This document shows positions 1-7,206 of a DNA stretch of 12,108 nt, piece by piece (the stretch's first letter is position 1; the number at the start of each line of letters is the position of its first letter). The DNA is from an uncultured bacterium (lineage in GTDB: Bacteria > Hydrogenedentota > Hydrogenedentia > Hydrogenedentales > JAEUWI01), in NCBI GenBank assembly GCA_963977445.1, contig CAXBPH010000212.1:1-12108 (forward strand), read 5' to 3'. The translations under genes and the position numbers were made by a program. Below the pieces are notes generated by a model. It searched no databases. It was not told where the DNA came from and saw only the letters and a program-made list of their open reading frames with translations.

Positions 1-1508
1 ACTTCAACGATAAATGCTTCAATCTGTACCTGTTTACGTTGCACATCCCAGACCTGAATGAGCTTATCGATTTCATCCAGGCGGGAAGGAATGCCCCGGA
101 CCGTGATTTGGTGAACTTCTTCCTGAACGATAACCTCGCCCATCTCGGGGGGGATGCGGGCCTCAATCTGCTCCGCCAGAAACTCCAGATCGGCGTAGTC
201 TACAACCCAGGTGCGTGTATCCAATTCCTGATCGAGCACCATGAGTACTTCTTCGATACGTGCAAGACGCTCGGGGAGGTCCGACACGATGATGGCGTTG
301 TAGCGGGGATCGATATGAACGACGCCACGTTCTGAGAGGAGTACTTCCAGGTGGTCGAGCATGTCTTCCGCAAGGACATGGCTCATGTAGAAGGTCTTTG
401 ACGCGGCAGGCACATCAATAACGTGCAGCGCCTCACCCATACGATCGAGCACATCGGCCTGATCCCACACGATGATGGTGCTGGTGCGGCTGTCGGGCAG
501 GAGGCTTCCATTGCTGCTGAGCATGGAGGTCAGTGCTGTTTCCACATCGGCAAACTCGGCGAAGGCCACGTTGAACTCGTGCTTCTCCAGGGGCACATCG
601 GCCCCGGAGACCGCCTCCGTCATCATGGCAATATTGTCGGTGGTGTCCCACACATAAATGTGACGGGTCCGTGGGTCCACAATCATGCGTCCCCGACTCG
701 AGAGGAGGGACTGGACAATACTGTTTACGTATTCGCCATCCACATGCTCCAAGGCAAACGTGTGTTGCGCAAGGTCACCGAATTCCCGGTCCTGCCACTC
801 TTCAACAGTCATTACATAGAGGTATTTTGTCGCCTCGTCAAATTCATAGTAGAGATCATGAAACTTAAGTATTTCCATGGCCTGTTGGGGCGTCGTTTCG
901 GTAATGTAGAAATCCAGTTCCAGGTTTCGTGCAGACTCGGATACCAGAATATTCCAGAGCGTCGCCATGCGGATGTCTTCCATAAACTGGGAGACGGACA
1001 TGGGGCCCGTGAGTTCTATAATGACCTCACCGCCGTCCGGTAGGGGGGGATAAACCACTTCCCGCTGCAGGATTGCATCGAAATTTCCAACGACCACGTC
1101 CGTATGATTGGCCGGGGTCTGTGGTCGTTGTCCGTCGGCAGGGGGCGCGCCGCTACTGCCTGTAACCAGTGCCGACCCGCCCGTAGTATTGGATGAATTG
1201 CCGGAAAGGGTGCGAACGCCTGGCGTGGCGCTGGGCCGCCTTTCCTGCAGCGTGGAACGGCGGGTTGTGGGGGTGGTCGTGCCGCTGTTTTGTTTGTTCC
1301 CGGGCTCAAAGCGGCCACCGGCATTTCCAAAGCGCCCGTTATTGTTGCTGGTTTCGTTGGTGGTGTTCGTCGAAGGGGTTTCGTTGGGAATGTCGGGGCG
1401 GGGCCGTGGCGACGTTGGTGACTGGCCTTGGCCATTGGCCAGACATATGCCCAGCAATACGACCAGGACAACGGTGACCATTGTTTTGTACCGCACTAAT
1501 CTCTTCAT
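1..1508 (-). CDS. gspD: Type II secretion system secretin GspD, N-terminal part (3' end beyond the left edge of the window)
   Basis: Hand translation gives an open frame from ATG 1508 (alternative in-frame ATG 1529, preceded by GAGG) to the window edge. It has a signal peptide (MKRLVRYKTMVTVVLVVLLGICLANG), an S/T/P/N/G-rich linker, an N0-like domain and four NolW/secretin_N-like repeats (e.g. GVVHIDPRYNAIIVSDLPERLARIEEVLMVLD). It ends in WDVQRKQVQIEAFIVEV, matching the secretin-domain entry motif D-x3-QVxIEAxIVEV. It is the last gene visible in the pseudopilin operon. Confidence 0.93.
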   Translation of the reverse strand, partial: MKRLVRYKTMVTVVLVVLLGICLANGQGQSPTSPRPRPDIPNETPSTNTTNETSNNNGRFGNAGGRFEPGNKQNSGTTTPTTRRSTLQERRPSATPGVRTLSGNSSNTTGGSALVTGSSGAPPADGQRPQTPANHTDVVVGNFDAILQREVVYPPLPDGGEVIIELTGPMSVSQFMEDIRMATLWNILVSESARNLELDFYITETTPQQAMEILKFHDLYYEFDEATKYLYVMTVEEWQDREFGDLAQHTFALEHVDGEYVNSIVQSLLSSRGRMIVDPRTRHIYVWDTTDNIAMMTEAVSGADVPLEKHEFNVAFAEFADVETALTSMLSSNGSLLPDSRTSTIIVWDQADVLDRMGEALHVIDVPAASKTFYMSHVLAEDMLDHLEVLLSERGVVHIDPRYNAIIVSDLPERLARIEEVLMVLDQELDTRTWVVDYADLEFLAEQIEARIPPEMGEVIVQEEVHQITVRGIPSRLDEIDKLIQVWDVQRKQVQIEAFIVE

Positions 1509-1581
1509 TGTCACCCGTACCTGTCCCATGCATCGCCTCACGTGCGACGCCCCATACGTTCACAACCCGTCGGCAACGGGA

Positions 1582-1618
1582 ATAGTAACACAATAACGAC
1601 TTTATGACGATTCAGCAA
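1582..1618 (-). promoter_or_regulatory. Possible internal sigma70-type promoter upstream of gspD
   Basis: Minus strand reads TTGCTG (1618-1613), a 17-nt spacer, then TATTGT (1595-1590), plus an overlapping extended -10-like TGtTACTAT (1590-1582). It lies in the only sizeable, AT-richer gap of the operon. Confidence 0.4.
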
Positions 1619-1624
1619 GCCCGG

Positions 1625-2125
1625 CTATTTTCTTGGCAGGGTGATGTGGAGCGTCTCATCGCCTTCTTCCCAGAAAAACGAAAATATGGCTTCTTCGCGG
1701 GTGAAGGATTCCAGCGTGCAGCCACCGATGTGTTCTCCCAACTGCAACCAGGTTCCCCGAGGCGAGTCGGGCGTTGTAATTTTTATTTTCGTCGTGCCGA
1801 TCTGTCCCCTGCCTACTTCGATGGCCGACAGCATTTCGGCCAGGTCAGGCGCCTGCGGTTTCGGCGGCGGCGGTGGTGGGGCAGGCGGTGGCGGTGGCAC
1901 CAGCTCCGTCCACAGGGCCGGGGCATCGCGAAGGTCTTTGACCATCAACTCGAAATCGGTGGCCTCGTCGTCTGCAAGGAGGGCATGAGAGGGTACTTCG
2001 GCCAGCGCGTCGGCAAGTTCCTGCCGCTTTACGTCCATAGGGCTGACGACCATATTAAGCAAGACTTTAGCAATCAGAAGGCCGGCAATACCGACGGCGA
2101 ATATCGATGCGTGGCGTTTGGTCAT
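1625..2125 (-). CDS. GspC/PilP-like inner-membrane connector protein (N-terminal TM, polyproline linker, HR-like beta domain, no PDZ)
   Basis: 166 aa with a hydrophobic N-terminal segment, PPPPPAPPPPPPKP linker and C-terminal GTWLQLGEHIGGCTLESFTREEAIF resembling the GspC HR/PilP pattern. It sits between gspM and gspD, with an ATGA overlap to the upstream gene at 2122-2125. Confidence 0.65.
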   Translation of the reverse strand: MTKRHASIFAVGIAGLLIAKVLLNMVVSPMDVKRQELADALAEVPSHALLADDEATDFELMVKDLRDAPALWTELVPPPPPAPPPPPPKPQAPDLAEMLSAIEVGRGQIGTTKIKITTPDSPRGTWLQLGEHIGGCTLESFTREEAIFSFFWEEGDETLHITLPRK

Positions 2126-3144
2126 GACGCAGCCACCGGGATTACGGCAATCCGCTCGATTTGAATCGTATCATTGGTATTTTCGAATACGATGAAGGGC
2201 CCATCGACGTGGGTGTCCTGTCCCGTTCCCGAGGGTGCGGTGAAGCGTAGTTGTATCAGTTGGTGTGGGTCGGTTCCATCGAGCACCAGGCCCTTGTCGC
2301 CCGTCATGGAAATCGCACCGGCGGCCACGGAAAGGCGAATGGGGTCGCGGGAATGAATCTGGATATCCATGTCGAAGGTCATCCCCGCCGGAAGGGTGAT
2401 GGGGAGCCACGCACGGGCTCCGGCCTCTTGTGCCTGAAGAACCAGGTGACCCTCCCCGTTTTTCTCTGCACTACAGCCCTCCATGGTCCAACTGGCGGGC
2501 TCTAGTGGTCGGAAATCAGGCAGGGTTGCCGTGTCGACGATGATTCGGGAGATGTCGACGTCTGCACGTACATGATTCTGTGCGGGGTCTCGCCGCATAT
2601 CGATGCGATCAAGGCGAAGGGATTGGGGGCTGCCCTGAAGTCGCTCCAGGAAGGCCAGCATGTCGGTAACGGGGGCCGGAGGAATCTGGACCGTAATCTG
2701 ATACTCCCGAAAACCTTCACCACCCGCGTTCAGGCGCCCCTGGCCCAGCTTGGGGATAGATACCAGCGTACCGCTATTGCTATTGGTGCTGAGGGGAATG
2801 CCGTCGGCGTCGAGTTCAGGCGGTACGCGATTGGCGAGACGGTAAATTTCCTGTCGTAAGCGGTCACGAATCTCCGATTCGCTCCAGGCGCTGGAGTGCT
2901 GATTGGCTACGGCCTTGAATCGGTCCTCCACGCTCTGTCGGCGCGCCACTTGATAGTTGAAATTCACGAGGTCCGAGGAAAGCCGATCAATCTCCCGATC
3001 AAGTCGGTCCAGGGTAGACCAGGCCCCTCGAATTCCCAAGAGCACGACCAATACAGCGACGAGGCTAGCTACGGCCAGTGCGAGCAATTGTTCCCGGGTG
3101 CTTCGCCCGGACCAGAAATCAGCGAATGCCTGAAGTGACGACAT
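2122..3144 (-). CDS. gspM: GspM/PilO-like assembly platform protein with C-terminal extra domain (340 aa)
   Basis: Start reassigned to ATG 3144, which has GAGGAGG just upstream. Begins with FWSGRSTREQLLALAVA (GspM-like W..S.RE motif), then a TM helix, a coiled coil and a ferredoxin-like segment (EYQITVQI...DMLAFLERLQGSPQSLRLDRIDM). About 120 extra C-terminal residues follow. Confidence 0.72.
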   Translation of the reverse strand: MSSLQAFADFWSGRSTREQLLALAVASLVAVLVVLLGIRGAWSTLDRLDREIDRLSSDLVNFNYQVARRQSVEDRFKAVANQHSSAWSESEIRDRLRQEIYRLANRVPPELDADGIPLSTNSNSGTLVSIPKLGQGRLNAGGEGFREYQITVQIPPAPVTDMLAFLERLQGSPQSLRLDRIDMRRDPAQNHVRADVDISRIIVDTATLPDFRPLEPASWTMEGCSAEKNGEGHLVLQAQEAGARAWLPITLPAGMTFDMDIQIHSRDPIRLSVAAGAISMTGDKGLVLDGTDPHQLIQLRFTAPSGTGQDTHVDGPFIVFENTNDTIQIERIAVIPVAAS

Positions 3145-4555
3145 GGGCGTCCTCCTCGGGCTGGGGAATTGCGATCTGGTAGTTAAAGATGGGCACGCCC
3201 CGCTCGGTGCCCTCTGTCTCATAGAGGCTGTGGGCATTTGAAAAATGGGAGAGACTACCCTCGGCACCCTGGCGCAACTGGCCCAGAAATTCCTTAAGAA
3301 TGAGATCCTTTGAAGCGGCACGTCCCCAGATATTCATCCCCGTTTCCCGGTCAAATTGCACGCGGGTAATATTGAAATCTGCGGGTGGTGCCGCGGCCGA
3401 GACGCCCGATAGTAATTCCAGGAAGGAACCTCCCCGGTCTACCTGACGTGAAATGATGTGGAGGCTTTGTTGTTTGGCGGCGATGCCCTGGGCATTGGGC
3501 GCGATGTGGTCTCGTTGCTCCTGGAGTTCGGCAATCAGATTGCTCCGCTGCCACAGGGCTTGCCCAAACCAGAGGAGGAGCGCACAGACTACGATCGCGC
3601 ACAGGCCGGCCCCGAAAAGGAGTTGGGATTGTAAGGCCCGTATTGCCCGTGATTTCGCCAATCCGGCCGGGGCCAGGTGGAGCTGTAACGGGCCATCTCC
3701 GTCTATCAGATGAAGTGCACCCGCAAGCGTGGCGGGGCAGGGTGTGTTCTCATCGCTTAACGTTGTTTCCGTTGGTGCGATGGAAATATCTTTTTGCGTC
3801 TCTGCGCGAAGGATGTCGCAGAGCGCTGGGGCAGGAACAGCCAGGGTACTCAGGTAGATCGTGTCGGCTCCGAGGCCGTCATCACTCTCCCGGCGGTAAG
3901 CCGCCAGCAGTTCCCGAACTTCATAGACCAGGGCCTCGCGACTGTGGGCATCCTCGAGGTTCCAGGGCGCGGCCTGGACGATGGCCCGACTGAAGCGGAG
4001 TATGCCCTCTCGAAACACCGCAAGTTCCAATGCGGCGGAGTCTACGTGAAGGAGAGCGACATCGCCAGGGGCATCGCAGCGCGTTGCGATGGCGGCAAGG
4101 CACGCGGTACTCAGAAATATCTGTACAGGTTCTCGGCCAGCATCGGCAAGTCGCTTCAGGTGGCCATTCAGCACGTCCTGCTGCACGAGCACGACCAATA
4201 CGTGGGATTCGCCGCCGGGTAGCTGAGCCAGCGATTGATGGGTGACCACCATCTCTTCAATGGGGTAGGGGACGAATTCTGCCGCACTCAGGCGGACCAT
4301 CGCTTCGATTTCGCGGGGATCCTGGGTGGGGAGGGTGATGATGCGAAGGGTGGCTTCGTGTCGCGGTAGCAGGAGGTAACAAGCCCCGTCTGCGGAGTGA
4401 TGCGCTGAGAACACGTCCCCAAGGCCATTTGGCATGGTGAAGTGCAACGTTGTCATCGCCGCAGCTTGGGCATCACCCGTCTGGTCGCTGATAAGACAGA
4501 CGGCTCCAGCTTCATTGAACTGGACAATGGATATGACCGCATTATGGGGAGCCAA
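3119..4555 (-). CDS. gspL: GspL-like protein (PilM-like actin-fold cytoplasmic domain, TM helix, PilN-like periplasmic domain)
   Basis: Likely TTG start at 4555 with GGAGGA 5 nt upstream, overlapping the gspK stop (the ORF track starts at 4612). PilM/GspL-like motifs LLLPRHEATLRIITLP...EIEAMVRLSAAEFVPYPIEE and ALLHVDSAALELAVFREGILRFSRAI. TM segment LLFGAGLCAIVVCALLLWF. PilN-like LELLSGVSAAAPP..FNITRVQF...MNIWGRA. Confidence 0.8.
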   Translation of the reverse strand: MAPHNAVISIVQFNEAGAVCLISDQTGDAQAAAMTTLHFTMPNGLGDVFSAHHSADGACYLLLPRHEATLRIITLPTQDPREIEAMVRLSAAEFVPYPIEEMVVTHQSLAQLPGGESHVLVVLVQQDVLNGHLKRLADAGREPVQIFLSTACLAAIATRCDAPGDVALLHVDSAALELAVFREGILRFSRAIVQAAPWNLEDAHSREALVYEVRELLAAYRRESDDGLGADTIYLSTLAVPAPALCDILRAETQKDISIAPTETTLSDENTPCPATLAGALHLIDGDGPLQLHLAPAGLAKSRAIRALQSQLLFGAGLCAIVVCALLLWFGQALWQRSNLIAELQEQRDHIAPNAQGIAAKQQSLHIISRQVDRGGSFLELLSGVSAAAPPADFNITRVQFDRETGMNIWGRAASKDLILKEFLGQLRQGAEGSLSHFSNAHSLYETEGTERGVPIFNYQIAIPQPEEDAHVVTSGIR

Positions 4556-5507
4556 GGGATTCCTCCGACCACGACAGGATACGGGCAACATCGGATCCGT
4601 CGGGAACTTCAACGATAGCGGAGCACTCCGAATGTATCATGCCGCCCCGACGCGTTGCCACAGCGGTTATCTTAAAGCAGCTCGAATTGAACTTGCAAAA
4701 TTGCTGGAGTGCGAGCAGCCCGTCCCCGGAGATCCCGGTTTGTTCCGAGAACGCCTGCCAATCAGAAAAGCCGATATCATCGCGCGTCCCCGTGATGCCG
4801 TCTGGGCCGCTTCGAATGTGGAGCAGGTCATCGACCACGCTTTCCTCAATCTCAGGCAGGCTGGCCAAGACTTCTCTTGGTGCCGTGTTAACATTGATGT
4901 GCCCATCACCATAGGTCGTCAGAATGTCCCGAAGTCCGGGTTCATCTCCATCGCCATACCAGGCGTTATCGTCCAGACCACGAATGCTGCGCAGTTCGGA
5001 GATATCCTGGAATCGTTGCCCATTTACTTGCGCGTCAGCGTCGCCGGTGACGCGATAATGGATGCGTCGTGCGACGGGCAATGAAATGCCGGGGAGCGCT
5101 GCCATCATTTCATCGGAAACATGGTTGATGTTGATGAGTCGTTCCATATCCTCAATGTGATATTGGGCAACGTCATTTACAAAGTCGTCACCCGGTGTCA
5201 GTAAGCCGCCGTCGCGATAGAGGTCACCGACCTGGGCCCACGATTGGCCAAGATGGGTGGAAGGGGCCCGTGGCGCTTCGGTGGGATCCTGCCGTAGCGC
5301 GTCGAAGACGGTTTTGTTGCGTAGCTCCAGTATGCCCCGTTCCAGCGCGGCCCGGGCGGTCATTCGGGCTTGTGCGCTGTCGAGACTGTATCGAGCCGCC
5401 CGGACCTCGAGGCGAGCGCGATAGTGGTAGGAAATAGTAATGACCGTGAGCAGGGCCACCACCCACAAGACACTCACCAGGACAAATCCGTTGGATGATC
5501 GGCTCAC
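4542..5507 (-). CDS. gspK: Minor pseudopilin GspK
   Basis: Class III signal peptide SSNG/FVLVSVLWVVALL lacking Glu5, as is typical of GspK. Motifs IEDMERLININ, FQDISELRSIRGL and GHINVNTAPREVLASLP. 321 aa, GTG start overlapping the gspJ stop. Confidence 0.92.
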   Translation of the reverse strand: MSRSSNGFVLVSVLWVVALLTVITISYHYRARLEVRAARYSLDSAQARMTARAALERGILELRNKTVFDALRQDPTEAPRAPSTHLGQSWAQVGDLYRDGGLLTPGDDFVNDVAQYHIEDMERLININHVSDEMMAALPGISLPVARRIHYRVTGDADAQVNGQRFQDISELRSIRGLDDNAWYGDGDEPGLRDILTTYGDGHINVNTAPREVLASLPEIEESVVDDLLHIRSGPDGITGTRDDIGFSDWQAFSEQTGISGDGLLALQQFCKFNSSCFKITAVATRRGGMIHSECSAIVEVPDGSDVARILSWSEESLGSP

Positions 5508-6232
5508 AAGGCATCCCCCAGCATATTGACCAGTTGGTAGGCCTCACGGCGCTGACTGGCGGTTCGGGTAGGAAAGCGTGCGTGGACCACGAAGGGGGTG
5601 GATTTCTCCTCATCGAGATAGGTGAGTTCTACGTCAAGGGCCTGGGGCAATCCCCATTCCATGGCATGGTAGCGGGCAATCATGGGTTCGACGAACACCG
5701 GTGCCGCGCGCCAGTACGGTCCATCGGGGTGGGGCATCCAGACATAGTGAAATGCTACGTCGGCGAGGCCCCGGGCGATAGTTTGTCGACTTGTATCCGA
5801 AAACTCTATCGCCCCATCCTGAAACCCGCCCGAGTCCGGTGCTGCGGGCGGAATGGGCGATTGGACCAGCGCTTCCTCGCGCGCGAGCGTGCCGTCTGAT
5901 GGATTAAATGTATAGCGAACGCGCATCAGACGGGGAGCACGGCTCTCTCCGGATTCCATGGGCGGCGCATTTACAAACAGCGTGACTTCGTCGTGTGTGC
6001 CTTCCATGAGGTGGGCCGCAGGGGCGAAGACATTGTCGTATTCCCGTTGAATCAGGGACAGCGTATTTCTCGCCTTGCGATGGGTCCCTTCATCGTTTTC
6101 TATGGAGCGCCACGACTGAATGACGGTGAAAAACAGGGTGTACACCGCGGTCATGACGATGGTGAGTAACATGGTCGCCACGAGGAGTTCCACCAAGGTA
6201 AAACCACGCTGGTTCCTTGGGGGGCGTCTCAT
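5504..6232 (-). CDS. gspJ: Minor pseudopilin GspJ-like
   Basis: Prepilin motif NQRG/FTLVELLVATMLL. GspJ-like RVRYTF....GTLARE and LPQALDVEL segments. 242 aa, located between gspI and gspK. Confidence 0.85.
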   Translation of the reverse strand: MRRPPRNQRGFTLVELLVATMLLTIVMTAVYTLFFTVIQSWRSIENDEGTHRKARNTLSLIQREYDNVFAPAAHLMEGTHDEVTLFVNAPPMESGESRAPRLMRVRYTFNPSDGTLAREEALVQSPIPPAAPDSGGFQDGAIEFSDTSRQTIARGLADVAFHYVWMPHPDGPYWRAAPVFVEPMIARYHAMEWGLPQALDVELTYLDEEKSTPFVVHARFPTRTASQRREAYQLVNMLGDAL

Positions 6233-6696
6233 GGTACGAACACCGACGAATCGCGCCAGGCCTGGTCGGGACTGAGGAGGGTTTCCCCCGCGATGTTGAG
6301 GGCTTGTCCACCCCGGCTCCAGGAAATTTCTACCTGGAGTTTGCCCATATAGTTGAGAAATCGCTGCTCCACCGTTTCGTCACGGGCCACGCTCATCTGG
6401 ACGTCGAGGGCGGGCAGAGGGACGGCTACTTCGTCGAGACTCCAGGCGTACTGAAACCGTTCGTTGGGCGGTGGGAAAGTGCCCGAGTCGACGGTGCCGA
6501 TTGCGATGCGGGGCTGAAGTGTCTGGTCGGCCACAAGGTTCTCCAAGAGAAACTGGGCGGTGGTGTAATCCTGGGCCAAGCCGCGGGCCTGGATGGCGAC
6601 CTGTATGGCCCGCTGCACCGTCAACGCCGTAATACTCAGGATGGCCATGGCGGTCAGGGTCTCGATGAGAATGTAGCCCCGATGGCGGTGTTTCAT
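6229..6696 (-). CDS. gspI: Minor pseudopilin GspI-like
   Basis: Prepilin motif HRG/YILIETLTAMAILSITAL with Glu5. GspI-like SGTF....RFQYAW and LQVEISW segments. ATGA overlaps with both neighbours. Confidence 0.82.
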   Translation of the reverse strand: MKHRHRGYILIETLTAMAILSITALTVQRAIQVAIQARGLAQDYTTAQFLLENLVADQTLQPRIAIGTVDSGTFPPPNERFQYAWSLDEVAVPLPALDVQMSVARDETVEQRFLNYMGKLQVEISWSRGGQALNIAGETLLSPDQAWRDSSVFVP

Positions 6697-7202
6697 GGCG
6701 TCACCAGAATTTCACCGAGGGCACCGGTAATCTCGATCTCAATGTCTTTCTCATCTCCCTTTCGCCCATTCAGTTGAATACGAGCGGCATCGGACGCGCC
6801 ATTGGGATAGAAGGTAATGTAGTAAGAGCCACCCCGATCTCGGCGTGCCGTGACCCGCCCAAACTGAAGTGAATCAGGAAGTTGGCGCGTTTCGCCCAGA
6901 GCAGTATCTGCCAGGGGCATATAGGTCGCATCTTCGTCGATGCCAGCCACCCAGCCGGTCGCCCAGTAGTTCCCCGTGTCTTTATCCAAGTGGAGGCGGA
7001 GCTCTCGAGACTGGCGTATGGAGAGTTCCTGGAGATATTGGATGGTTGCGACCAGATCACCTCGGGCAGCGCGACGTTTCATGGCCCCCATGGACGCCCC
7101 ATAGAGGGGCACTATCGCGGCGGTGATTATGGTGAGGAGAGCGACGACTACCACGAGTTCCAGGAAGGTGAAGCCTCCGGCCCGCCGCGCGTGCGCCAAC
7201 AT
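6693..7202 (-). CDS. gspH: Minor pseudopilin GspH/FimT-like
   Basis: Prepilin motif RAGG/FTFLELVVVVALLTIITAAIVP with Glu5 and Pro22. C-terminal ITFYPNGAS...IEITGALG is typical of GspH/FimT. Directly follows gspG. Confidence 0.87.
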   Translation of the reverse strand: MLAHARRAGGFTFLELVVVVALLTIITAAIVPLYGASMGAMKRRAARGDLVATIQYLQELSIRQSRELRLHLDKDTGNYWATGWVAGIDEDATYMPLADTALGETRQLPDSLQFGRVTARRDRGGSYYITFYPNGASDAARIQLNGRKGDEKDIEIEITGALGEILVTP

Positions 7203-7206
7203 GCCC

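Noticed and set aside
1440..1460. Possible lipobox (LLGIC) making GspD a liposecretin
   Set aside because: The residue before Cys is Ile, not G/A/S. An A-N-G/Q signal peptidase I site fits better.
39..1596. ORF-track ORFs over the left end (39..335, 423..1043, 1108..1596 on plus; 433..651, 1016..1471, 1339..1593 on minus)
   Set aside because: They are antisense or out-of-frame shadows of the secretin frame, which is open from 1508 to the edge and carries clear family motifs.
3145..3321. 59-aa N-terminal extension of the GspM-like ORF given in the ORF track
   Set aside because: It overlaps gspL extensively. ATG 3144 has a strong GAGGAGG RBS and gives a typical GspM N-terminus.
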